A stretch of DNA of 64,000 nt from Candidatus Binatia bacterium (GTDB lineage: Bacteria; Desulfobacterota; Binatia; HRBIN30), in contig JBBRSP010000005.1 in the NCBI GenBank assembly GCA_038245295.1, positions 160,001 to 224,000 on the forward strand, read 5' to 3'. Below are positions 48,026-57,367 of the stretch, piece by piece. The notes below the pieces were generated by a model. That model did no database searches. It was not told where the DNA came from and saw nothing but the letters and a program-made list of their open reading frames with translations. Position numbers and translations under genes: made by a program. The first letter of the stretch is position 1. Each line of letters opens with the position of its first letter.

Positions 48026-51000
48026 TCAGCGGCACGTGACGCTGCCTCCGCTCGACGACGCCACACAATCAGGATTCGTACCGGCCGGATTGAACGTGAA
48101 GCTGGCGCATTGTCCCGACGCCTGCTGATCCAGCCCACCGAGGACCAGCGTCAGACGCAACGGCAGGAGCAACGGATCAACGTGGAAGTCAGCGTCACGA
48201 GCGCTCAGGGTCACACGGAACAAGCCGGGCGTTGTTGCCGACTTGTCAGTAACGACGATCCGGCGAACACCGCCGCCGACCCGATTGCTCGGATCGCGAT
48301 AGGTCCACTTGGTCTTCGCACCGTTCACCTTCCAACCCGGCGCTTTGCTGCTGATCGGTCCGCCGCGTGGGATGACGCGATCAAATACGGGAGCGCCGTT
48401 CTTGTCGTTGACGCGCAGACGCAAGCCGTTGGCGATCGGGTTGATGGCGGGTGTCGTTGGCGTCACCACCCACTCACCCTTCAGCGACAGGCGCTCGTCG
48501 CCGGCGGGGACGAGATTCTTGCTGATCACCAGACTCGGCACACTGAGCATCGAAGCACCGGCGCAGGTGATCGAGCTCGCCGGCACACTGAGGTCACTGC
48601 CGGGATCAGTGCCGGCGTCACGCTCGTCGCCGTCGAAGACGGTATCGCCATCGCGGTCGACACCGATTTCCAGGCCGGAGCCCAATGGCACGGCGGTGAA
48701 CGTCAGTTCCTGCCCCGCCGTCGCAGCGGCGGCGCGCAGACTTGCGTCACTGACGGGCGCTTCGGCGGCGCGATCCATCTGGAACAGCCCGGCCGCGGTT
48801 CGATATCCCCCGCGCATCTCGCCCGACAAAGTTCCCTTCACCACCACATCGCACTCACCAACCGCTGCCCGCGCCAGGAAAAGATCGATGCGCGGATCGG
48901 CCACCGCCGAGTTGGTGCTGTCGAGTGTCACCTGTTGGCCAACGATCGGCGCCAGATTCGTGTCATACGCGAAGACGAAGTCTTCGACGTTTTGCCGCGT
49001 CGGGTTGTCGGGAAAGGAGAATACCGGCGAACGATAGAAGCGATTGGTTGTGTCGATACTACCATCGTGAAGAACGCCGTAGCCGCGGATCTGATCCCCC
49101 TGGAAGGTGTGATTACCACTGCCGGCGCCCGTGTTGGGCATCCCGAACATACCGACCTTCGTATAGACGTTGCGCAAGTGCGGGATCTTGAAGTGTTGCG
49201 GTTCACCTTCGAACGTCGAAAACCCGTCGGTACCGAATTTGCCGGTAAGCGGGTCGAGCACATGGCAACCGTTGCAGGTGAGGCCACCATCGACGGGCGT
49301 ATTGAAGTAGAAGTCGTGCCCGAGTTGCTGCTCAGGCGTCAGCGAATTATCGAGTTTGCGGATCGGATTGGGCGGCGGAATGACCTGCAGGATGAAGTCG
49401 GTAAATGCCTGCATCTCTTCATCGGTCAATGCCGTCTTGCGACCCAACAACCCACCAAACGCCGCGTTGAACTTCTTGAACGCCGCCACTTCGTCGAGCG
49501 GATCACCGCCGATATCGTTTCCACCGGTGCGATCACCGCGCCAGTGCATCGGGCCATTGTTCGCCATGCCGCGCAAGGTCTGCGTCGTCATCGGGCCTTT
49601 CATCGGATGAAAGTCGGGATCGCCCAAGGGTCCGAGACGGAATGGATTTGGATTGTTCAGCACGCTGTCGTCAGGATTGCCCAGATCCCACGCCAGATTA
49701 TCGAGGTCGCCAAAGGTGTGGCAGGACGAACACGACGCCTCGCCGTTACTCGATGTCAGGGTCGCATCGTAGAGGAACTTACGACCGTTGACGACACTGA
49801 AGGGTTCGGGATTCTGCAAGCTGACGTGTTGCGTCTCCTTGTGTTTGATCGGATCGAAGACGGAAATGCCATTGTCGAACCGCGTCAGGACGTAGAGGCG
49901 ACCCACCGTCTCCTGCAGCACCAGGCCGGTCGGGCCGCCGCCCGGAATGGTGAGTTGCTTGGCGCTGCTCGGCACAAAGGTGTCGGCCTCGAGCTCCGTC
50001 GTGTTGAAGATGCCCACCTTGCTTGACCCAAAGGCCGCAACGTACAGCGTCGCACCGTCGCTGGTGACGGCCATGCCAGTAGGCGTCGCCAGACTCTTGC
50101 CACGTACCGACGTCGACGACGGCACCGTAGCGTAATTGATATGTTTGTTGAGATGCCGCGGCATTACCGACAAGCCGCTCAACACCGTGATGCGCGATTC
50201 GTGCAGATGTCCGCGCACCGTCGAGCCGCCGAACTCGCCCGGCCCCTCGAAACGAACTTCATTACGCGCCTCGGTGTTGCTGACGTAAACGCGACCACTC
50301 ACCGGGTTGACGGCCATATTGAAAAGCACCGTGCCGACGCCGCTGTAGGCCGAGCTCTGCGCCGGAATCGGCAGCGACGCGTCGATCACGAAAACGTCGT
50401 AGTCCGGCAAACTGAAATTGACCGCGTTGTCCCAATTGCGCGCCAGTCGGTCTTCCCAGTGGCCGCTGGTCGGGTTGAACTTGACGATCAAGCCGGTTTC
50501 CGGCGCCGGCGTGCCCTGGAAGTTTGTCGTCGGACCGGGCAAGCCGCCCGGCATCTGAACACCCTGCACCAGACACGGAGGCACCACTGGGCCGCCGTTG
50601 CAGACAAAGGTTTCGTTGATCGTCGTGGTTTGGTTGCCCGAGTGAAACACCGCTGCGTAGACGCTGTTGCCGTCTGGACTGACGGCCAGGGCTCGCGGCG
50701 TATCGCCAAACAAGTTCAGAACCACCAACGGTGTGCCGGTCAACGTTGTACCAAGGTTCGTCGTGTCGAAAACGAAGACACTGCTGCGCGGTGTGCTCGG
50801 GTTGCGCAGGCGCGGATCGTTCGGATGATTCTGGCCACGCCGGGCCGTGGTGATGAAAGCGCGCGTCCCGCCGCTACCGGCGAAGACGATGTCGCGCGGC
50901 TCGTCGCCGACGAGCAGAGTCCGAGTTACGCGGGCCGGAGAGGTGCTCACATCCACGATGCTGACACTGTCGGACAGGTGGTTGACGACCCACACTTCCG

Positions 51001-51280
51001 TGTTGCTTGCCGCCGCAACGGCGACTGGCTCGAGCCCGACGGTGACGGCTCCTGTGTGCGTCAGGCTCCCATCAATACCGAGGGTGAAGATCTCGAGTTG
51101 GTTGTCCGGTGTATTCACGGCAAACAGCCGCGTTCCATCGGGAGACAGAGCAAGCGGCCGCACCTGGCCGCTTTCGAACGTCACAAATGCCAACGCCGGC
51201 GTCGGTAGCGCCATGACGCCGCAAGCCAACACCATCAACCCAACCGAGACCAATCGATGAACCGTGAACCGAACCTTCAT
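48026..51280 (-). CDS. Secreted YVTN/YncE beta-propeller protein fused to a di-heme cytochrome c peroxidase-like domain
   Basis: Signal peptide; FESGQVRPLALSPDG, VGLEPVAVA, VGDEPRD blades; CSSCH and CNGCH; FKIPHLRN; start 51280 or 51295. Confidence 0.8.
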   Translation of the reverse strand: MKVRFTVHRLVSVGLMVLACGVMALPTPALAFVTFESGQVRPLALSPDGTRLFAVNTPDNQLEIFTLGIDGSLTHTGAVTVGLEPVAVAAASNTEVWVVNHLSDSVSIVDVSTSPARVTRTLLVGDEPRDIVFAGSGGTRAFITTARRGQNHPNDPRLRNPSTPRSSVFVFDTTNLGTTLTGTPLVVLNLFGDTPRALAVSPDGNSVYAAVFHSGNQTTTINETFVCNGGPVVPPCLVQGVQMPGGLPGPTTNFQGTPAPETGLIVKFNPTSGHWEDRLARNWDNAVNFSLPDYDVFVIDASLPIPAQSSAYSGVGTVLFNMAVNPVSGRVYVSNTEARNEVRFEGPGEFGGSTVRGHLHESRITVLSGLSVMPRHLNKHINYATVPSSTSVRGKSLATPTGMAVTSDGATLYVAAFGSSKVGIFNTTELEADTFVPSSAKQLTIPGGGPTGLVLQETVGRLYVLTRFDNGISVFDPIKHKETQHVSLQNPEPFSVVNGRKFLYDATLTSSNGEASCSSCHTFGDLDNLAWDLGNPDDSVLNNPNPFRLGPLGDPDFHPMKGPMTTQTLRGMANNGPMHWRGDRTGGNDIGGDPLDEVAAFKKFNAAFGGLLGRKTALTDEEMQAFTDFILQVIPPPNPIRKLDNSLTPEQQLGHDFYFNTPVDGGLTCNGCHVLDPLTGKFGTDGFSTFEGEPQHFKIPHLRNVYTKVGMFGMPNTGAGSGNHTFQGDQIRGYGVLHDGSIDTTNRFYRSPVFSFPDNPTRQNVEDFVFAYDTNLAPIVGQQVTLDSTNSAVADPRIDLFLARAAVGECDVVVKGTLSGEMRGGYRTAAGLFQMDRAAEAPVSDASLRAAAATAGQELTFTAVPLGSGLEIGVDRDGDTVFDGDERDAGTDPGSDLSVPASSITCAGASMLSVPSLVISKNLVPAGDERLSLKGEWVVTPTTPAINPIANGLRLRVNDKNGAPVFDRVIPRGGPISSKAPGWKVNGAKTKWTYRDPSNRVGGGVRRIVVTDKSATTPGLFRVTLSARDADFHVDPLLLPLRLTLVLGGLDQQASGQCASFTFNPAGTNPDCVASSSGGSVTCR

Positions 51281-51369
51281 GCATGCCTCCCGCATCGAAG
51301 GCGCGACCGTATCGTAGCGCCAAGGCCTTACTCAATAATTTTTCTTCGTAAAAAATGCGTGCTTGGCGA

Positions 51370-52293
51370 CTAGGCGGCAAGACAGGCGTGTAGCGACTCG
51401 AGAACAAGTTCGACCGGCAAATTGTCCGTACAGATTCCCGCAGCTTCGCAGGCCACGCACATCGTCGCAGCCTGCGTGACGAGGATCGACTTGCCGCGTG
51501 GTGACCAAACATCGGGATCACTGGCGCCAAACAGCGCCACCCCAGGAGCGCCGATCGCTCCCGCCAGATGACTGATTCCCGAATCGTTGCCCACGTAGCC
51601 GCGGGTCCGTCCCAATAGCGCCGCGATACGCGGCAACGACACGTCGGCAACGACGTGGTCGGCGCCGATCGGTGGCGCCGTCTCGGCCGGACCGCGCAGC
51701 TCGACAACCGGGCCGATACGCCGCCACTGCCGCGTCAGGTCGGCGAACCCAAGCCAGTTCTTCTTCGGCGACCCGCTGCCCGCATGTATCGCCAGCCAGG
51801 CTGTCTCCTTCAGACCTGCTTGCTCCACGAGCTCCTCGGCCCAGGCATCGTCGGTGTGCAGCCAGTTGGAGAGCGCCGGCGCCGGCCGCACGCCGACACA
51901 GCGCCCGTAATAGTCGACCGCGTGTTCGCCCGGGCGCATACCGCGGAACGGCAGGACCGCGACCGCGCCATCACACAGACTCGTCAAGCGCCGCGCCACC
52001 ACGGGCTCGGAGGACCCGGTCCACGAGAATATCTGTTTGACGTCGCGGAACAGTTCACGCGTTGCCGGCTTCGGTTCGGCCGTGTCATGGAACAGGTCGG
52101 CGATCTCGGCGCGATCGATCGACACGACCCGTGTGTCGTCCATCTTCAGCAACTGGGCCGCGCTGTCCCGCGCAATGACCAAGAAGGGAGCACGCACCTG
52201 CCGGCGCAGCGCCGCCAACGCCGGCAGCCAGCACAAGAAATCCCCGAGCGCGCCTGGAAAGAGGAAGGCGATGGTTGTCGCGGTGGCTTCCAA
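51370..52293 (-). CDS. Glycosyltransferase family 9 (heptosyltransferase-like)
   Basis: GALGD, IHAGSGSPKKNW, VGNDSGISHLA, LFGASDP..W.P. Confidence 0.85.
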   Translation of the reverse strand: MEATATTIAFLFPGALGDFLCWLPALAALRRQVRAPFLVIARDSAAQLLKMDDTRVVSIDRAEIADLFHDTAEPKPATRELFRDVKQIFSWTGSSEPVVARRLTSLCDGAVAVLPFRGMRPGEHAVDYYGRCVGVRPAPALSNWLHTDDAWAEELVEQAGLKETAWLAIHAGSGSPKKNWLGFADLTRQWRRIGPVVELRGPAETAPPIGADHVVADVSLPRIAALLGRTRGYVGNDSGISHLAGAIGAPGVALFGASDPDVWSPRGKSILVTQAATMCVACEAAGICTDNLPVELVLESLHACLAA

Positions 52294-52349
52294 TTGCCTA
52301 CCTGATATCTCGCCGAGCCGTCATGAGGGTGCTATCGTCCCACGACGCG

Positions 52350-53282
52350 ATGGAAATCAAGGCTGCGAAATCCATTCTTGAACTGATCGGCAACACCCCG
52401 GCGGTGCGTCTCAATCGCATAGCCCGTCCCGGCGGCGCCGAGATCTGGGCCAAGGTTGAGTCACTCAACCCCGGCGGCAGCGTCAAAGATCGTATCTGCC
52501 TCGGTATGCTCGAGGCGGCCGAACGCAGCGGCGAGTTGAAGCCGGGTGCGACATTGGTCGAGCCGACCAGCGGCAACACCGGCATCGGCCTGGCGCTGGT
52601 CGCGGCGATCAAGGGTTATCGCCTGATCCTGACCATGCCCGACACCATGAGCCAGGAGCGCCGCAGCCTGCTCACGGCGTACGGCGCTGAGCTGATTCTG
52701 ACGCCAGACTCGAAAGGCATGCACTCGGCGGTCGAACGCGCCCAGGAGATTGGTGCCGAGCATCCCGAGTACTTCATGCCGCGCCAGTTCGACAATCCAG
52801 CCAACCCGGAAGCGCACCGCGCAACCACGGCCAAGGAGTTGCTGCGCGACTTCGAGCAAATCGATGCGTTCGTTGCCGGCGTCGGCACCGGCGGCACGAT
52901 TACCGGCGTCGGACAGGTGCTGCGCCAGCATATGCCCAACGTCAAGATCGTCGCCGTCGAGCCCAGCGCCTCGGCGGTGCTGTCGGGTGAGGAACCTGGC
53001 TTCCACGGCATTCAAGGCATCGGCGCCGGCTTTGTCCCCGGAACCCTCGACACGAAGATCTACGACGAAGTGATCCGTGTCAGCGACGATGAAGCAGCCG
53101 AATACACACGCCGCCTGGCGCGTGAAGAAGGAATTCTCGGCGGCATCTCGGCGGGAGCCAACGCCTTTGCTGCGGCACAGGTGGCCGAGCGATTGGGACC
53201 GGGCAAAGTTGTCATCACGTTGATCTGCGACACCGGACAGCGCTACCTGACGACCAAGGCATTCCAGGCGGAAGGCATCTGA
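52350..53282 (+). CDS. cysK: Cysteine synthase A
   Basis: IGNTP, NPGGSVKDR, EPTSGNTG, GVGTGGT, IQGIGAG. Confidence 0.93.
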   Translation: MEIKAAKSILELIGNTPAVRLNRIARPGGAEIWAKVESLNPGGSVKDRICLGMLEAAERSGELKPGATLVEPTSGNTGIGLALVAAIKGYRLILTMPDTMSQERRSLLTAYGAELILTPDSKGMHSAVERAQEIGAEHPEYFMPRQFDNPANPEAHRATTAKELLRDFEQIDAFVAGVGTGGTITGVGQVLRQHMPNVKIVAVEPSASAVLSGEEPGFHGIQGIGAGFVPGTLDTKIYDEVIRVSDDEAAEYTRRLAREEGILGGISAGANAFAAAQVAERLGPGKVVITLICDTGQRYLTTKAFQAEGI

Positions 53283-54121
53283 TGGCCGACAAGCTCGAAC
53301 ACCTGCGACAGATCCTGCGCGACATGCGGCGTGTCCTCGTCGCCTATTCGGGTGGCGTCGACTCGACCTTCTTGCTGCGTGTCGCTGCCGACGAGCTGGG
53401 TGATCAGGTCATCGCGCTGACGACGAAATCACCAACCGGCGTCGACGAAGACCTCGAGCTAGCCGAGCGGATGGCCGTCGAGTTTGGCGTCCGCCATGTG
53501 CTCATTGATGCCGACGAGTTGGAGATCCCCGGCTACGCCGCCAACCCGACCAACCGCTGCTTCTTCTGTAAGGACAACCTGTACAAGATCTGCCTCGTCG
53601 AAGCGCCAAAGCTCGGCATCGAACACATCGTCGATGGCGTCAACCTCGACGACCTCGGCGACTACCGCCCGGGGCTTAAGGCGGCCGAAGCCCATCTCGT
53701 GCGCCACCCGCTGGTGGAGGCGGCGATCAGCAAAGCGGAGGTGCGCGAGTTCAGTCGCGCCCTCGGGCTACCGACGTGGGACAAACCCGCCAGCCCGTGC
53801 CTATCGTCGCGTTTCCCGTACGGCACCGAGATCACCCGTGAAGGTCTGGAGAAGATCGCCCGCGCCGAACGTGTTTTACGTGAGCTCGGTTTTCCCGAAT
53901 GCCGCGTGCGCTACCACGACAAAGTCGCCCGCATCGAAGTGCCGGCGGCCCTGCTGCCCAGGCTGGTCGAAGCGCCGCTCCGGGAGACGATCCTCCAAGA
54001 ACTGCGCGCCGCCGGCTTCCTGTACGTGACCCTCGACCTGCAAGGTTTCCGTAGCGGTAGTCTCAATGAGGCATTGCCGAAGGCAGCGCCCCTTCCGACC
54101 AGCATCAGTCGGCCGGAATAG
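53282..54121 (+). CDS. larE: ATP-dependent sulfur transferase LarE family (TIGR00268)
   Basis: AYSGGVDS PP-loop, NRCFFCK, DYRPG, PCLSSRFPYG, GFRSGSLN; TGATG coupling to cysK. Confidence 0.88.
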   Translation: MADKLEHLRQILRDMRRVLVAYSGGVDSTFLLRVAADELGDQVIALTTKSPTGVDEDLELAERMAVEFGVRHVLIDADELEIPGYAANPTNRCFFCKDNLYKICLVEAPKLGIEHIVDGVNLDDLGDYRPGLKAAEAHLVRHPLVEAAISKAEVREFSRALGLPTWDKPASPCLSSRFPYGTEITREGLEKIARAERVLRELGFPECRVRYHDKVARIEVPAALLPRLVEAPLRETILQELRAAGFLYVTLDLQGFRSGSLNEALPKAAPLPTSISRPE

Positions 54122-54197
54122 AGGCGGCTCGCGCGAAAACCAGCCAGCGGAGTTTCCGGAAGGGTTGTAACGCTCGGTACACGGCAAAGTTTATTTT

Positions 54198-54369
54198 GGG
54201 GCTCCGTGCGCGATGCGCAGAGCTACGGTGGAGAGGCGGTTGTGCGCCGTACGTGCGTCACCCTGAGGGCCCGACCGGCGAGAGCCGGCTTGGCGAATCC
54301 ATGAACGGCGGCGGGAGCACACAGCCCGGCTTCCAGCCGGAACCAACTCAGGCCAACCATCGCTACCCC
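54198..54369. ncRNA. Candidate structured non-coding RNA (~170 nt), family not recognised
   Basis: Nested complementarity GCGATG/CATCGC, GGTTGTG/CACAGCC, CGCCGT/ACGGCG; inner hairpins CCCTGAGGG and CCGGCGAGAGCCGG; intergenic. Confidence 0.4.
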
Positions 54370-54385
54370 CGTCATTCCGGCGAAA

Positions 54386-54545
54386 GAGTGTGTCGATTTA
54401 CTCGGAAACCATATTTGAAACCGAGCAGACCTATCCGTCATACCGGCGAAAGCCGGCATCTCGCCAGCTTTCGAGGCTTCCAGCACTGGGAGATCCCGGT
54501 TTTCACCGGGATGACGTTGCTCCACTTTGGTTTTACGACAGTCTC
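54386..54545. mobile_element. 160-bp MITE, copy B, inserted in a REP hairpin loop with GAAA duplication
   Basis: gtcattccggc-GAAA-[gagtgtgtcg...cgacagtctc]-GAAA-gccggaatctc; same length as 47771-47930 and aligns without gaps. Confidence 0.78.
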
Positions 54546-54685
54546 GAAAGCCGGAATCTCCCAAGCATTCCGCGGTTTCCTATCGAGGAAACGCGCCGCG
54601 GCGCCTAAGCCGGGGCATTCGCTAAGCCACGGCGGCGATGCCGGCACCGGCTAACTGAGTCGGTTATGGACAGCGCGCGGCAGCT

Positions 54686-55849
54686 TCATCGCGGCGAAAA
54701 TCCTCCGGCATGCGGATGACAGGTGAAGCAGGGAAACGAAACGTGCGTCTCGCCGCTGCCGTCGCTGCGATAAAAACGCGTCTGCGTATGGCAGGTCTCG
54801 CATAACCCCGTGCCGGGACGCGACGGGCTCGCTAACCCGCCCTCGGCCAGACCCGCCAGTTGTGTGAACTCCACCGGGCGTGCCGCGCCGCTCGGAAGCG
54901 TGACCGATTCCTGGATCAGGAATAGATTGTCGCTGCCGTGCGGCGTGTGGCAACTCGTGCACTCTGCCGTTCCGGCAGGTAGATCGTGATGCGTACGCTG
55001 ACTGGCGTGACAGCTCGCGCAAGTTGGCACGGTTTGGTGCCCCGGGCCCGTCTGCCCCGCCTCCCTCTCGGCGTGACAGTTCGCACACTCCAAGCCAAGA
55101 CTGCCGTGCCCCGCCGATCGCGCCGCTTGCTGTGTCACCGACGCGTGGCAGTATCCACACGCGCCGAACTGCTGCCCGCTGGACAACCGATGCGACGGAC
55201 CAACAAACGAGGGCACGATCTCGGGCCCCGGGATTTCACGATGCTGCAAGCCATAGAATCCCGGCGCAGCATCGGCGTGGCAGCCAACACAGGGGAGCTC
55301 CGCCGCAAACGGTGCAACCGCCTTCGCCAGATCGTTGTGACACAGGGCGCAGGCGCCAAACGACGCCTCCGGGCCGGCCATGTGCGGCGTGGGCGCCGGC
55401 ATCGGCACGACGCTGGAGTCCGGCAGACTGCGATGCCGCGATCCATACGGCAATGTCAGGCGGCTCACATGACACACTTCGCAGCTCAGCTCCGGAGCCA
55501 ACACGTGGATCTCCGACGCGCGGTCGCTGTGGCAATAGGCGCACGATCCCAAACTCTCGAGATCTCCGAGGCTGTGGCTGGCGCCAATGAACGACGGCAC
55601 GAGGGTGCCGGACGGAATCATCCGATGCCCCGGCCCGACGAATCCGGGAATGCGGTCGGCATGACACTCCTCGCAACGCAACTGACGCCCAGTTGGCTCC
55701 ATAGCGGCGCTTTGCGTCGGGTGACAAAAGGCGCACGTGCCGAACAATTGAGTGATTGGCGGTGGCTCGCCGGCATATTGTGGCGCCCCCTGCCCACCAC
55801 CGCACGAGCTCAGCACGGCGATAACGACGGCAAGCAGGGCGCGGTTCAT
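54686..55849 (-). CDS. Multiheme c-type cytochrome lipoprotein (12 CxxCH)
   Basis: Lipobox LSSC; CAFCH, CEECH, CAYCH, CEVCH, CALCH, CVGCH, CGYCH, CANCH, CASCH, CTSCH, CETCH, CFTCH; ATGA overlap with upstream gene. Confidence 0.88.
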   Translation of the reverse strand: MNRALLAVVIAVLSSCGGGQGAPQYAGEPPPITQLFGTCAFCHPTQSAAMEPTGRQLRCEECHADRIPGFVGPGHRMIPSGTLVPSFIGASHSLGDLESLGSCAYCHSDRASEIHVLAPELSCEVCHVSRLTLPYGSRHRSLPDSSVVPMPAPTPHMAGPEASFGACALCHNDLAKAVAPFAAELPCVGCHADAAPGFYGLQHREIPGPEIVPSFVGPSHRLSSGQQFGACGYCHASVTQQAARSAGHGSLGLECANCHAEREAGQTGPGHQTVPTCASCHASQRTHHDLPAGTAECTSCHTPHGSDNLFLIQESVTLPSGAARPVEFTQLAGLAEGGLASPSRPGTGLCETCHTQTRFYRSDGSGETHVSFPCFTCHPHAGGFSPR

Positions 55850-56430
55850 TCTGCGCCTCGCGCGTGACAGTGTCGGCAAAGGCTGCCGTCGTCGACACTG
55901 GCTCGCAGTGCCCGGGTTGGCGATGCCGACAGCTCCGCCGTGGCCTTCTTTTCACCGGAGCTTTCTAGCTGCGCCGCCACTTCCTGACGGACAGCCTGCC
56001 GCACCGCCGCGGCGACCGGATTGGAGCTTGGGGCCCGCGCCGCCGTCAACCAGGCGTCATCCATGACGCGCGGATCATGAAACAGATGGCAGGTGCCGCA
56101 GTAGATCTGCCCGGTGTCGGTCAACGGCCACTCGACGTGGCCTTTACGCGGCTCTCCCAGGAGCCGCCGCACTTTGTCCGCCGGCACGCCGAGATGTTCC
56201 GCCGCCCCGGCATGCAAGGTCGTTGAGTGACATAGGGTGCAGGTTTCTTCTTTCGAACGCGACAGCGTTAGATCGTCGGCGTGGCAAAAGCTGCACTGGC
56301 CGTCGTCTGTCTTGCCCTGCGCGTTCAGCATCATGTGCGGGCTTCCACTGTCATCGGCAAATACCGGCGCCGCGCTCAACACGACGATGGACAACACCAC
56401 CATCTGCCGTGCCCAACACAAACCGTTCAT
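55846..56430 (-). CDS. Periplasmic tetraheme c-type cytochrome
   Basis: Signal peptide (APVFA-D); CSFCH, CTLCH, CGTCH, CRHCH; ATGA overlap. Confidence 0.85.
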   Translation of the reverse strand: MNGLCWARQMVVLSIVVLSAAPVFADDSGSPHMMLNAQGKTDDGQCSFCHADDLTLSRSKEETCTLCHSTTLHAGAAEHLGVPADKVRRLLGEPRKGHVEWPLTDTGQIYCGTCHLFHDPRVMDDAWLTAARAPSSNPVAAAVRQAVRQEVAAQLESSGEKKATAELSASPTRALRASVDDGSLCRHCHARGAE

Positions 56431-56729
56431 CGCACCACCCCATTGTCTCCATGGCACATCGTACAACTGGCAATCCCCTGATTGCGGACGACGGTCCGTA
56501 CTTCGGCGAGATCGAAATCGGCGATGCCGGTGCGATTGACGACGTGAATGCTGCGGATCTCATGGCAGGCGAAGCAGTCGGGCCGTGACCAACCCGTCGG
56601 ATGTTCGCTGCGCTCGAGGATCAATCCTTGCGGCGAGTTGAGCAGGTTGCCGTAGTCTTCGGCGGGGCGCGACCCATCGCTACCGCAGCCAAACAAACCC
56701 ACGAGCATCAAGATCACCCACTGCCTCAT
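56427..56729 (-). CDS. Small diheme cytochrome c lipoprotein
   Basis: Lipobox LFGC; CFACH, CTMCH. Confidence 0.8.
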   Translation of the reverse strand: MRQWVILMLVGLFGCGSDGSRPAEDYGNLLNSPQGLILERSEHPTGWSRPDCFACHEIRSIHVVNRTGIADFDLAEVRTVVRNQGIASCTMCHGDNGVVR

Positions 56730-57367
56730 GGCGCCCCCTTCAGCCGACCCTGCTGGTGGCAGTTGGTGCAGTAGTCAGGCCGATGACAACTGCCGCAACG
56801 CGACGGGTCGGCACTGGCTTCGATAGAGTGGGTGAACCGAAAGTTACGATCGTGCATGCGCGTCTGGACCGTGTCGCGGCGCTCATGGCAATCGATGCAA
56901 TACGTTTGTTGATGGCAATTTTCGCAGCGCGCCGGATTGCTACGCGCCATACTCGGGTGGACCTGCAACCAGGCGACCTGATGATCTTCCGGCAGCAGCG
57001 GGCGCATGTTTTCGTGACAACTGAGACAACGCTCCGGGGCCGCCGTGATCTTGCCCTCGCCGGCGAGATGACAGGTATGGCAGGCGACACTGCTCGGATG
57101 CATGGCATGCGCCGACAAGGCGCGCCCCAGCGCCTCCTTGGCGTCGATCTTCAGATCGAAATGGTGGCAGTCGATACAGGTGAGATGCTGCTCTGCAAAC
57201 ACGGCGTCGTGTTTGTCATGACGAAAGGCGCGGCGCGCCTCGCGCGTGCTCTGCGAAACCGATCCGGTCCGCTGCCGCAGGTACTGGTTGTCCGGCAGAA
57301 ACTGGCGGCACGCCGTAACGCCGAGCGCCAAGAACACCAGGACAAGGGCGATCGCACAACGCTTCAC
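56726..57367 (-). CDS. Heptaheme c-type cytochrome lipoprotein (cytochrome c3/c7-like N-terminal part)
   Basis: Lipobox VTAC; FRHDKH; CIDCH, CHTCH, CLSCH, CENCH, CIDCH, CGSCH, CTNCH. Confidence 0.87.
   Translation of the reverse strand: MKRCAIALVLVFLALGVTACRQFLPDNQYLRQRTGSVSQSTREARRAFRHDKHDAVFAEQHLTCIDCHHFDLKIDAKEALGRALSAHAMHPSSVACHTCHLAGEGKITAAPERCLSCHENMRPLLPEDHQVAWLQVHPSMARSNPARCENCHQQTYCIDCHERRDTVQTRMHDRNFRFTHSIEASADPSRCGSCHRPDYCTNCHQQGRLKGAP

Noticed and set aside
48110..50026. 638-aa plus-strand ORF and similar long antisense ORFs (e.g. 39771-41189, 18241-19539, 59802-61061)
   Set aside because: Shadow frames of well-supported opposite-strand genes in high-GC DNA
54196..54654. 152-aa ORF and overlapping short ORFs
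   Set aside because: They span the structured RNA candidate, REP and MITE; translations are repeat-derived
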